Positions 49,601-62,100 of a DNA stretch of 64,000 nt are shown here, one piece after another. The translations under genes and the position numbers were made by a program. The stretch's first letter is position 1. Every line of letters starts with the position of its first letter. The stretch is from Klebsormidium nitens (Eukaryota > Plantae > Klebsormidiophyceae). Below the pieces are notes generated by a model. It was not told where the DNA came from. It did not search any database and saw only the letters and a list, made by a program, of their open reading frames with translations. The stretch lies in contig DF237054.1 in assembly GCA_000708835.1 (NCBI GenBank), forward strand, positions 1 to 64,000, written 5' to 3'.

Positions 49601-52600
49601 TCAACGAAATGTTGCACAGTCGCTCTGAGAGTCTAGTGCTCGTCAAATATTTACAGCGGCACGTTCTCAACCACAATTCAAGAACACGTTGACAATCAAC
49701 CTTCACAAACTTGGTCCTCTATACGGTTATGATGAATAAAAAAGGTCCAAAACCTCAGGCAAGGCCGCTAAAGGCCCCACGCGCAGCAAAGGATGACAGC
49801 TGTGCTGCCCGTGTGCCTTGCAAGACGTTTCTAACCAAAGGCAGCACATAATGGATCACGAACAAGCGTTCCCTGTCGCATCTGTCTCTGCTGCGCGCGC
49901 GGCTCACCAGGTTCGTGCCGACGCCGACGCGTTGCTGCGGTCCACCCAGAAGCCGCAGCCGAACTTGGCAAAGACGCCCTCGAGCACCTGCGCGCCGTAC
50001 AAGGAATCGCTCGAATGTCAGGGACTCTCTGTGTAGAGTCTGCCAACAGTTCCTAGTACGAATGATAAGCAGCTGCGCCTGCAGAAAAGTACCACTCAGA
50101 CCTGCCTGATTTTCCAAACTCCTGAGCGCCTGTGTCTCATGTAGAGGCTTGCTCAGCGTCTGCGTGGATCAAGGATACGGTTCGCACATCTGCGCCGGCG
50201 TCAGTCAGAAGAACGCTCGGCTCCTAAGATTTATCGGTGTAAATAATCATTAAAATCCTGTAAGGATGCTTTCGAGCAAAAGCGCCCATGAAAAGAACTG
50301 GATTACTTCGTTTAACTCGGCTCCGCGTTTCAAGCGCTCTCAGCTCTTGGATGCGCCCTGAGCTACCTGCCTCCTAAAGCGCCTCAGATTTTCAGTAAGG
50401 GCGTACGGGGTTGGCTGACGTCAGCCTCTAAGGGCAATGGCTCAGTGAGTTGACCATCACGACTGCGGGCACCAACGAGACGTTTTTGGAACTCTACGCT
50501 GCTTGTTTAAATCAAAAGCCAAACTGCTGACGCTCTACCAAGCCAACACAAACACAAAAATCACACCCAAAACCTAAGAAGACCAGTTTTATCCGAACCT
50601 ACAATTTCGAAACAGAAACCTTGACCAGAAATCAACCTCAACCTTGACCAAATCCCCGCGCTCACCTCCTCCATGCCCAGCTGGTCGCACGCCAAGAACA
50701 CCTGCTGGCCGTCCTCCGAGTGACGTGCGATGACGTCACACACCTGACGCACCGCGTCCTCTTTGGTTGGGAAGCCGTATGCTTTGTCGCCGTATGTGCA
50801 GTCCATGAACAGGCACTCCAACGGCTGCAGGGGAAAGGGAACGCTGATGTCGACGAAGGAGAGGACTGAGAGTTAGAGGTCCGATGCCTGCCTCGTAGGT
50901 TCAGAACACCTTCGAGTGAGGCTGCCAACAAACAAGGAGCGCCTCATCGGGGTGAAACTAGGCATTGGCAGAGTGTACAAGACGTCTCTTTTACGAAAAG
51001 GAGAGTCTGCAAGAATACAACCAACACTTTGTTGTTGCGGCGTACTCAGGGCATCTGGAGTGAGGACTCTTCGGCATGCGGGAAGTGCTGCCGCCCTTTG
51101 GCAAGAGAGTGATGTCAGCAGGGGCTTGGACGCAAGCAACAATGCACCGGACATAAAGTACGAGCTTCCAGCCAAAGAATGAAGATTGATTAAGCTCATG
51201 TGCACCAAAAGACAGGAGGGTTCTCCTGCTTTGGCAGGTGCCCCATGGCTCCATGATCACAACATTAAGTCTATCCACTTATGCCCAGCTCAGATTGCCA
51301 CCGATTATCTCAAATCCAAGCGAAATTGACTCTAGACGTCTCTGTGACTACACAGCCCGTTCCCGAAGACAGATCATCATTTTCCCTCCAACGATCTCTG
51401 TTCAGTGCAAGCAGTTCTTTTCAGTCTGGGAGATTTCCCTGTTGATTTATGATGATTGATGATTGATGCTGATGATGATTGATGATATGCGCAGGTGATA
51501 TATTCGAAACTTACCCGCCTCCGCAGAAAGGCCTTGACAGGCCGCACCACTCTGGCCTCTGCCAACCGAGCGTCCCCTGTGTGGAGCACATACCCATGGT
51601 CCTCGACATAGAACAGGAGCATGATGGCGCCTGCAAAGAAACGGCAATGCTTCAGCGCGGTGACTGCGCGAGGATTGTTCCCACTGCTTGTTAGACTGTG
51701 AGCTTGCACCAGTGCCCAAATGAGGGGCACGCTGATCTTAGGTAGATGACAAGTCAAGCTTTGCAACAACAGCGCAGAGAATGGCACCCTAGACCGCCAA
51801 CAGACCCTTGAAACCAGCACAGAGAACTGCGTTTGTCAATGATGCCAGATAAAAGGGGTCCATTGCTCGGATGGTCAAAAGTTGGGCCTGCAGATCAATC
51901 AGGGGGGACAAGATATCAATTCAAGGATTTTTTATTGTCCAGCAAGATAAGAGGATCTGGTTGCTGCTTACCGGGGCAATGGTTGGCATCAAACGCACGA
52001 ACGCTTATGTTGAACGCTTTGTCTTCATCTTCCAGTATCATCTCGCCGCCATCGACCTCTAGATAGCAGAACTTGGCATTCCCAAGCTGGAAAGGAAAGG
52101 GAGATCATTGTATTTGATCAGTATACGCGCAGAGATGGAGAAAAGCTGGTGAGCAAGAGATGGTATTTAAAGCCCAGACCACCCAGCAAGAAGTTGTCTG
52201 GTGGGCATCGTTTACCCCTGAACACATGTTGCAGAATAGTCTATGTCGACAGCTGGCGACATGTGATTCTAGTGACAAGGAGCAACAACTGGCAACGGGA
52301 TGCAACCAACTGAGTTGCCTTAGCTCGCTCCAACAAAGTTCATACCCCATACCTGCCTTGCTTTGCACTACTACCGAAAAGACAACTTAGCTTCCATTCG
52401 CAATCGACAGCTCACCTGCGGAAAGTGGCACACCACCAGATCCCTGGTCGTCCGAGAGCAGTAGATGGTCCGGTCTGCGGTCCGGAAGGAGGCCAACCCC
52501 GCCATGTGATCTGCAGAAAGAACCCACCCTTAACATTCCCGCTGAAAGAAACTAAAAGCATGACAGTGTACTTGACTTAGTAGAGACACTAACAAGGCTT

Positions 52601-52894
52601 GTAAACCGCAAGCACCTCTTCTTTGACAGGTGTCGGCTGATAAGCGCAACGTTTACTTGCGGCGGGGTTCCAACAAAGAGCAGCATACCTATCACCAGCG
52701 GTAAAAACATGAACAGAGGTACAGCCAGAGCGACTGAGTACCAACAAGAAAGCAGCCTGGGGCCCAAGAAACTGACCTGTATGGGCGTGGGTTAGAAAGT
52801 GGTGGCGCTTGCCATGACAGGAGACCCTGTCCCACGAGTCTACCGTGAAGGGTAGCCACATGGGCATGTTCACAGGCTTGTCTCGCCGAGCCAT
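46686..52894 (-). CDS. SNM1/Apollo/Artemis-family metallo-beta-lactamase/beta-CASP DNA-repair nuclease (closest recalled plant type At1g19025); exons 52894-52777, 52510-52416, 52086-51972, 51630-51515, 50824-50666, 49987-49908, 49422-49356, 48414-48158, 47971-end
   Basis: HHFLTHAHTDH, DANHCPG, LHTGDAR, MDCTY..FPTK, LACDQLGMEE, SMHSSRSEL (DRMBL motif). Phases are consistent. The stop is either 47473 (as given) or 46686 if homopolymer errors are corrected. Confidence 0.92.
48415..48810 (-). repeat. Two ~190-bp tandem copies of 'acceptor + head of exon 8' of the SNM1-like gene
   Basis: CTTCCAG|TTATGCGAC (~48791) gives LCDGRALGRRAEEAQRKATGTGGDPPVFIQPSS. CCCTAAG|CTGTGCGAC (~48599) gives LCDGRALGLRAKEAQRKAAKTGGDPPVFIRPS followed by a 1-nt frameshift. 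The real exon starts CTTCCAG|TTG at 48414. Confidence 0.93.
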
Positions 52895-54549
52895 AATCTG
52901 TACTTGCTTGTCGCACACCTGCTTGTATCAAAGGAAGCACCTTTGGACGCGTAGAATCGCTTGAACTCTCAAGCTGAGACTCCAACAGGTTGACCCTGTG
53001 CTCCCCGAGCCTTGCTACATATATCCAATGCTTGTACAGTTCATTTTACGCTCTCAGGACACGACCAGGATCGCCAGGCCTGTTGGAAGGCTGCCTTGAA
53101 GAAAGTTCCTTGAACATCTTGCTGCGCTGTTTACGCTAGGTGTATAATACACTCGCGAGCGATCAGAAGGGAGCATCATGCCAGAGCAAGCCAGTTGAAG
53201 CAGCCTTCTGCGCTTGCAGAACTTTACTTTAGGTCCTAGTTGCAGCTTTCTGCAGTTTCTTCAGCAGTGCTCTTGAAATTCCGAAGTGGCGGTTGATCAT
53301 TTTGTTCCCGCCGAACTGACGCATCCACCGGGCACCGAGGCGTCAACAAGAAGCTGCCGTTCGCCCAAGCGTTCGATCTTAGGTTTCAAAACCTGGCCGC
53401 AACTTGGCGGCGCGACTTTCCCGTAGATTTGCCGGTTCTCCTCGCTGATTGTTAGCCAACGCCCGGGGAAAACTATCTGTCTGGCGCAGCCGCCGCGGGC
53501 CGCGCCTCCGCGCCCGACTCGAGGAGCCTGGGCTGAGCTGTAAGCGGTGCTTGATCAGCATTGTCATACCTAAGGTGCGTCTCAGCGTTCGCTCATTCTC
53601 TCTATCTCAACAAGCTCGTCAGTAGGGTCGTACGTAGTTCTCGGCCCGGTTGTCAATATAACTCTGATCATTTCTTTCACACTCAGCTATACCACGTTCG
53701 AGGCACGTTCGCAAGTCACAGCCTTTATGTCTGCAGCCTGTGCAGTCCCCTTGAAACCTGTCAGGCCAAGTACTGCAAGAAGGCGGAAAGCCTATGTCAG
53801 CATTTCTATCAGGTTACTGTCAGCCAGAAGGAATCTCAAATGGAGCGACCAGGACTAGTGGCTTCCGCCTTAATCCTGTCTCCTTCGGAACCGCAGCTTC
53901 GGGCAGCGCTTGCTAGGACCATAGAACCAAGGATGCGTTTTCTCCAACAATACGTTGAGCGAGGTAAAAATTGACGAACCATGCAAAGATCGACGTTGAA
54001 TTGCGACATTGTTGTATTGTTGCCGCAAGCCGCAAAGCCGGACATAACTAGGTACTCCAGGCAAATATTGTGTACTGTGTTGAATTGCTTTCAAGGTTGC
54101 TAGATGTAGATTAGCCCCGACCCGTCGGTACGGTAGACAGTTTCAATCTTGTGAGGCGTGTTGCAATCGAGTATGCTTCACTTCGATTCGTTCGAAACGA
54201 AAATCCAATCTGTCAGATCTTTGAAATCAGTGCCTTGCGTGGCAGCACTTCTAATGATTGCACGAGTCTCTGGGCACATTCTTTTGAGTTTGGTCCCCGT
54301 TTGGTCCGTGCACCGATGCGTTGATGGCCACTACAGTTGGGCAGATTCTTAAGTGCACAGACGAACTTGATCTACGACCCGAATGTAACGGAAACCTCCT
54401 CTTGGCGGCTCCCCTTTTGAAGGGCCACTGGATGTCCAACTCGAATCCAAACACATGGTTGATGCGATGTTGTTTTAAAAGTACGAAGCTGAGTTTGAAA
54501 GCAGCTTTATACGGACCAAGGTTGCCTTTGCCCTTCGCAACACTAGCTT

Positions 54550-56966
54550 AACAGCTTGGTTCGTCGACAAATGACGAAGGAAAGTTTTAACGGAGACCTT
54601 GTTCGCCTTCCAGACCGCACACGAGAATTCCTGCACTTTTGGAACATGTAGTCTTTAGGTGACCTATAGACCTATCCTCGCTGCTGAGGGGTACTCCCAG
54701 GGTGACTGCGGGCGTAGCTCTGCTGGAACGCGTTCCACGAACTCTGCGGCCGCGCGCTGGGCGCGGCCGCCCTCCGGTTCCGAGCCGGCGCAAACCCCGC
54801 GCCGCCGCCGCAGTCAAAGTCGGAGAACGAGTCGAACCCGGGGGAAAAGCAGGCGGGGGGAGCCCGGTTCATCATCTGGGTCACGCCCGTTATGGAGCTC
54901 GAGAAGGCGGCCTGCTGCGCGCGTGCTTGTTCTGCGAGGCTCGTAGAGAAGCCCGCGAGCGTGTCTTTCAATTTCCGTTCTCAGTCGGCGTTCTGCTGGC
55001 GGATTTTGGCGACCTCGCCCTCCGCCGCCGCGAGCATCTGCTTGAGCGCCGCGAACTTGGCGCTCGTACTTCTGTCGACCTTCCTCTCCGCGGACTCCAA
55101 CGCAGCCTGCATTTTAGTAGGATGTGTTGATCAACTTACCGCACGTCAAACCTGCAGATAGAAAAACGACTCGGAATTTCAGCACATGGTGCGAAATCCA
55201 CAACTGCGGCGGGCCTGGCAGTGCGTGACCCTCCTTTTCCTGGGGTGAACATGTGGGACAGAAAGGGATCTCTCGATAAGCTGCACATTTTTCGAAGAAT
55301 GTGGGTGAGGAGTCGTAATCTGGTTCTACCTTATTTACTGTTCACTTTCTAGGGGAACCGCAGCGAAGCCGTTGTACTGTTGTAAACCCTGCTACCAAGC
55401 TCTCTCGAGAGCCGACCCGTTCACCCTGGCCTTTGCCGTCTCGTGCTTCGTCTCGTACGCCGCCATGCGCTGCCGGAAAGCGTCTCGCCGAACAGTCGTG
55501 TAAAGCTCCGTCGCGTCTTCTGGGGACAGCCCTCCAAACTTCGCGAAAAGAGCGCTCACAGCTTTCTCATGTATCTTCTCCCCGGTTTCGACTAGGCTCT
55601 CGTTATCCCAAGGGAGCTTTTCCGGGGCGAGAGCGGCGGCCATTTCGGCCTCCATCTGATTGATGGTGGCGTCCAGGTCCTTCTTGCCTTTGGTTTCGAT
55701 CGCTGCGTCATTTAGCGTGCGCAGGGCGGATTCGAAGCCCTCCAGCGCTATCGTCACCTGCGCAAAGCGAAGGCACTTCATTGCTACCGCACCCTGACCT
55801 GCCTGATCGCAGCCATTGCTAACCTTACTCAGTCCGGTGAGCGTGATCAAGTTTGTTGTCAACACACGTTTAGACCCTGATGAGTCGAGGTTTCACCTCT
55901 GAAGCCTTCTCCTTGTCAAGGACCTTGGCGGCAGCACACGCGTTCTTCCAAAAACGGGTTGAGAGCGGGACGCGACAACATATATCACAACAAGCTTCTC
56001 CTCACACAACCACAGGCTGATCTAGTCTGGATTCACCAGCATTTTCACCTTACAATCAGGGCGTGCTGGTTACATTCACAAGTACGGACCTTTCACGTTG
56101 CGCTTCGTAGCAGCTTCTAACAAAGACTAGCGAACCATGACCTAATAGCCCTAGATGCTGTCGGTAGCTTTACATCAACCGCTGTAGTGTCTTCAAGCAG
56201 AAACGACTTGACGCACCTTTTCCTCGAAGACGTCAGCAAGGGCTCGGGGAAGCCCCCGGGGGGCGAGAGACATCCACAGGTCCCGGAGCTCGTTCTCAGC
56301 CGTTCTGACACGTAGCTCCAGGTCCGTCCTCTTGAGGGGTAAGTTGGGCGAGAGGTCATCTTGTAGGGTCTTAGCTCGCTCCTCGAGCGCCTGAACAGCG
56401 GCTTCGCACATGTCCCTGCAATGGAGACGGAGGAAGTGAGCAGTGGTGAAACTTATCAAAATGCAACTGCTCGTTTACGAATGAGTTTTAGAGGTGTACA
56501 CCTACGTGTAGGTTCAAGAAGGACGTCAGAAAGCTGCGGCTGACGGGCAATTATTAATTTTAAGAACTTCTCAGCCGTGAACGCTGACAGCTTAATCAGT
56601 AGAAGCAACTCGGAGAACGGCGCCTTTTCTCTCTTTCAAATCAAGCTGTTAGATCCGATACTGGAGCCGCATTGATCCGCAGTACGGGCCGCGTACCTCT
56701 GATACTTTTGCGTCAGTGTCTTCGGTACGAAGTTTCATCAAAGGCAGCATACCGTCCAAAAGCAGAATCTTTCCGTTACGTTCAGCACACTGTCTGCAAA
56801 GTTTCTTCAAACATCTGCGCGCCCCTAGTACGGACCTGCAGATGGCCAGTACGAAGTCCTTCACCGGGATGGCCGCCTCCGATTCCTGAACCCTCCAGAG
56901 GGCGAAACGGAGGACGCTCAGCTTTCCCGCTCCAGTCAGCACGCCTCTCTGCGACATATTGCCCTG
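54550..56966 (-). pseudogene. Helical/coiled-coil gene fragment resembling the C-terminal helical region of guanylate-binding proteins; two in-frame stops
   Basis: GVLTGAGKLSVLRFALWRVQESEAAIP, NLPLKRTDLELRVRTAENELRDLW and KLPWDNESLVETGEKIHEKAVSALF resemble GBP_C helical units. The last exon has TGA at 54981-54983 and TAG near 54667. No GTPase motifs were found upstream. The family assignment is tentative. Confidence 0.45.
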
Positions 56967-57484
56967 CAACTAAATGCAAGAGAAATCAGAGGTGCCCTAG
57001 TTTCCGGGCTGAATCCAACGACGAAGCAAGTAGCGCCCGCGCAGACAACTTGCCCATAGGAAAGGTTGAAAGGGGTATGCGTGTAGATGAGATGCCACAG
57101 ATCTGCGGAACGGAAGCAAACGACATATAGGAGCCGTATTTGGGAAGCCAGGTATTTGCATCTGGGTGCTCAGACTACCCGAAACTACGAGGAACCTGTA
57201 TATTCTGTGGCAGGAGAAGAGGAAGGCCAGGTCGAGGTCGCTGGTTGATCAGCGAATTTCTCCCACAATGTGCCATTTGTTGATATATAATGACTCTGCC
57301 TGAATGGAGCTGCTTGTGTAAGATGCCGGATCGCCGCCGGTCAACTTCACGTGCAATGGCAAATCGAACAAAGGGTCATTTTGTGCGTCAGTCCGATTGC
57401 TCAATGTCTCACCCCCGTTTCACTGCTCCCTTTCGTCCACGCTCACACTGGCTACAATTTTTTCACGCTGATTTTCTGCTTCCA

Positions 57485-58090
57485 GAATCGAGGCCCTTTG
57501 AGCTCAACAGCGGGCACACGAAGGATAGGAGCGGAACAAGCGGCTGCTGGAAGCCGAGCGCGCCGCGCTGGTTGAACAGCAGCGCCACCTCGCAGCGGAA
57601 GCGGAAGCGGAGAAGTGCCGGGCCCGCGTTCGTGACACCGCCTACCGTCAGAGCGGGGTCAAGAAGATTCAGTACTTTTGGGATCGGGGTCGGGGGTGCT
57701 GTTGGAAGGGCTGACGTCACGGTGACGAGGTTTTGAGTTTTGACCCGGAGCTTCCCCATCGACGATTGGTCGAAAGAAAACTAGCCCAGGATATCGCCTT
57801 TGAATCTATCCACGGCAGCCATTCCAACAGCATCCCCGGCCCAGGTCCCAAAATCACTGATTCTATTTGACCCCGTTCCGTCAGGTCCGTCACGCTTTCG
57901 ACCATGGGGGAGAGCTTTGAGAAATGTGACCGTAATTTCCAAGACAAATGACGGTCGCGCGAGGAGCTGCCGGCGAAACATTGATACAGAATGGCGACTG
58001 GTTCTGCTTACAGGGCGCGGCAGGAACAAGTGCTGCGCGACCTGGATGCGGAGCGGGACCTCATGGAGCAGATCATGCATGGATGCGGAG
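57485..58090 (+). pseudogene. Coiled-coil exon fragments with premature stops
   Basis: After CCAG at ~57484: RIEAL*AQQRAHEG*ERNKRLLEAERAALVEQQRHLAAEAEAEKCRARVRD. After TTACAG at ~58012: ARQEQVLRDLDAERDLMEQIMHGCG|GTAG. Confidence 0.45.
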
Positions 58091-59159
58091 GTAGCTGCAC
58101 TAAGTTGTGTCGAAGGTGCTGATGCGGAAGAAGATTGGGTTCTGCGTGAGTTGCGTTGCAGCAAATAACCGGCCTTGAGCGCCGCACCGGATTACATGCA
58201 TGAGAATTTTGCGTATCAATCCCTTAACGTAAGTTAAGAGAACATGCAATCCACCGCAAACTTAACGAAAGTTAACGAATTGACCCATGCATGCATGATT
58301 GCAACACAACATGCACATGTACGCCGCAGCACTTCAAAGCTTTGCACTGATCGAGCGATCGCATGCCAGTTTGATGCAATTGCCTCACACTCAGTATATG
58401 CGGGCCAATAATGATGCGCCTCCTTCCTTAATGATGGTACATCTGATCGACGTACAGTTGGCGTAGTATGTGTCCGGATTGAACATGCGTCACGCGTGTA
58501 CGGCGAGGTCTGGTAGCAAGCTGACACTCAGTAATTCACGTACCGACTTACGTGCAGGCTGCAAGGGGCATGTACTTCCGTGTATTGCATTTGCCAGGCA
58601 ACTCATTCTTAAGCACCTTATACTATGCCAGCACTTTTGCAATATGATCAGACGCACAGTTTAAAGAACGATTGCTTCGAGCGACGTGTATCAGTCGATC
58701 TGGCTTTTCGACTAGGATCGGACAAGCTAAGGCGTCACCTTTAACTTGCCTTGGTGACGATCTTTCATATACTGATCACTTACGACAGGAAGTCGCCATC
58801 TCCTTAATACGTTTTGCAGCTCTGGAGAATTCAACCGTCGTTACACTTCTAACAAAAATAAACCATTATCTGCCGAGCGACGATAAGGTAGTCCGATCGT
58901 CCTTTTCGCGGTCGGACCATCCCTTAAATAGCTCTTTTTAAACTCACGAAATCCTCGCTAGCAGTAACGTAAGCTTGCCGGTCGCTACACTCCGGACGCA
59001 GTTCTCATTGTTTTCAGTTGCGAGGCGATCAGGTGCACATCCTCTTTCTTTTGAAGAGAGTAGCCCCTAAACTTACAAATGCACAACCCTCACAGAAGCT
59101 CGGATTGCTACAAGAGGAACACTTGCAGCATTAAGTCTTCCATACTCACACGAACCATC

Positions 59160-62100
59160 TCAACTGGAGGCACGCTCAAGGGAAGGGGGATATGCTTGGA
59201 CGTCTTTGAGTGCAATAGGAGCCTTTTTCCAGTTCTCGAAGAACTCCTCAAAAGCGCCGGACTGCCCCTGCAGGATCAGAAATGTGCGTCCGACTTAGTA
59301 CTCGTCAGATACTGTCGAGCGGGCATGCTAGTGTGCAGCCCGTAGTCTACTGGTTGGTAAAGTTAATCCCAGAGAAGTGAAGAAGCAAATCTATTGCCAG
59401 AAACGGCACGCGTCAGGAGGGCCAAAAGGGTCAGAAGGGTCAGAAGGGCTCAAATGAAAAGAGAAACCGAGCGCATGCGAGGTCGGTGCACGCATGCACC
59501 TCACGAGATCAAGCGAGGAAGGGGAGAGATCTCTTGTCATGGCACGTGCAGACCTGTTGCTTCGAATGATCGGGCACAAATGGACAGAGAGGCACGCTCG
59601 AGGCACGTGCTCCTTTCACAAAGATGAACGGACTATGTACATTATTTGTTCCAAGGCAACTCCTCGTCCGACAAACAGAAAGGGTCGTAAGGTGAGCGAA
59701 GCTGGAGGGACGGATCAATCCGCAAAAAAGCAAGGGAAAAGCCGAAACAAAGCCCAAGGCACGTGTGCTGGACCTCGTGCCAGAACGGTCGTTTCAAGAC
59801 AAAAGCAATTCCTTGGCATCCGCTGACGTCAACGTATGAGAAGTAAAGAAACATAGAGGCAACGTGCTCAAAGTACGTGCGCAGTAAAACAGGACGGCCA
59901 ATAGGGCGAGGAAAGGTCGGAGAAGCAAGCCCGAGACTCGTGCCCCGACTGATAGAATGAAGAAAATGCGAAAGACGTTCCAGGGTTTTGAAACCCTTAA
60001 AACCTGAAACCCAGGCAAGAACGGATTCGGAGACACGTGCCCACCTTCAGAGCAGAGTCCAAGAACGCTACGACCAGCTGGCCGAGATAAGTCCTCAGGA
60101 GGCCCCGGCTGAACCCGGCGCTCGCGCCCGCGCACAGCGCCGCGGCCGCGCAGTTCAGCGGGTGCTGGCAGCAGCCCGAGAGGTTATCGTCCAATAAGTC
60201 CATATGGCCGTAGTCGGTGGCGACGAGCTCGTATGTCTGGTTGCCATAGCAGCCGAAGTAGTGGGCATAGCTTACGGCCGGGGGGACGCACGCGGGCGCA
60301 CCGGGAAAGATGGATCTGGCGCCGAGGCCGGAGCCGTAGAGGAGGGCGGGCGCGTTGAGGAAGGTGGAGTGAGGGGCGGAGCAATTGGAGGTCGGGGGCA
60401 GGCTGGGGGCCTGCAGAATAGAACTTGGTCCTTGGTCAATTGAAGCGAAAGTAAACAGGTGCCACATCCGCAACTTAAAAATCTGAAAACGGAGAGACGT
60501 TAAAGGCTGGAAACGTAAGAAGGCTGGAACATTCAATGCCGCTTACAAGTGGAAGTTGGCACTTGGAGTTAGGTAGTGAGAAGCCGCACACGAGTGCAGG
60601 ATTCGAAGATTGATGATTCTGGCGCCGGATATTCACGTGGCGGTCGGCCACGATTTGCTCGCGTTCGCTGCTAGGTTTAGTAGAAAAGTTCCATCAGGGA
60701 AGACTGGGAGCCTGAAGAGGGGGAGTCGATGGAGGTATACTTCGAAAAATGCTTCCAAGAGCCACACAAAGGTCCATCAAATCCGGCTCAGAAAGTCGAT
60801 TATCAAAGACGACTTTTGATCCAACCACCTTGGAAATCTGTTGACTTAGGGTGAAGCTACTTGGAGGCACCCAGTTGACCTAATAGGTCCATCGCTTACG
60901 ACTCGAAGTAGTTCGCTAGACCCTGAAACCCGAGATCCTAAAACCTTACCGTGGCATAAGGCCCCCCGTCGACTGGGTCGAGCCCCACGTAGGCTTGAAA
61001 GCTAACGTCCGTCGCCAACATGTTCTCTGCCAGGCCGGCCGCGACCTTGCCTCCCCGGCTGTGACCTGCAAGTTTCACAGCATCTTCTGTCTCCGCATCA
61101 AAGTGCTAGCTCTTTCAATCTTTCGTACATATCATTGAAGTGGGCTAAAGCATTCCTCAGTCTAGCCTTCTTTGTTGATATTGAACACCTGAGAGACAGG
61201 AATCTTACTGGTTCTTTCAATCTTTCGTCATTATTGAAGTGGGCCAAAGTATTTTTAAATTAGACTTGCTTCCAATTTTTCGTCATTTTTGAAGTGGGCT
61301 AAAGTATTCCTTGATCCAGCCTTCATTGTTAATGACCATACCTGTAAGGCAGGGGCAAGTTGGTCAAACTTCTGGGTGCACGTGTTTCTGTCTCGTTCAC
61401 GGATCAATCCGTCTTCTGTACTCAGGGTACCGTTTGTGGCTGATTCATTTGAGCAACAAGTTCTAAAGAGGAGTTACAAGAACCAATCAAACTGATGGCC
61501 ACTCCTCCAAGATGTGGTTGACATCAATGTGAAAGACCTTTGAGCTCTGTGAATGGTCACAAGGACGTTGTCTCCAAAGGCTTGGCTTCTTGATGAAGAC
61601 CGCGGGAACGAGCGACTTAGAACGAGCGACTTAGGACAAGCGGCTTAGCGGAGAGCAGGATTTTGAGGAAAGGGAAACCTATGAAAGTTTTCGTCAAGCC
61701 AAAATGTGAGCTAAACTTTCGAAAACGCCAAAGCTTCATGATCAAGTAGTACAGAAACTTCGGACTCAGAAGCAGGGCATCTTTCTCTCGTAACTGAAAG
61801 CAGCCGTTTGAACTCAAGCATCCTCACCGGCCAGAGCAACGCTACTGAAGTTGATGGCGACATTGGCAGGTAACACTAATGGAGCCCCGTCCGTCACCCA
61901 CTTGAAGACGTCGGCTGCGTTCTGAATCTCGACAAAAGCATCGGTTGTGGGGACGCAGAGTGTACACCCGGAGGGGAACAAGGACGTGTACATCTGCAGG
62001 GATTTGGAGATTGCTTTCTTTTCGGAGTCGATGCCAACTGATACTTGAATTGTTAACACTCGGAGACTATGAAAGCATGAAGATTGAAGGACGCCCTCCT

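Noticed and set aside
53836-53974. LARTIEPRMRFLQQ resembling an mTERF repeat
   Set aside because: A single short match with no supporting exons or further repeats.
59770-59830. Candidate chlorophyllase last exon DAKELLLS
   Set aside because: Wrong phase relative to the 60045 donor; the exon at 59267-59160 fits phase 0 with a clean CTGCAG acceptor.
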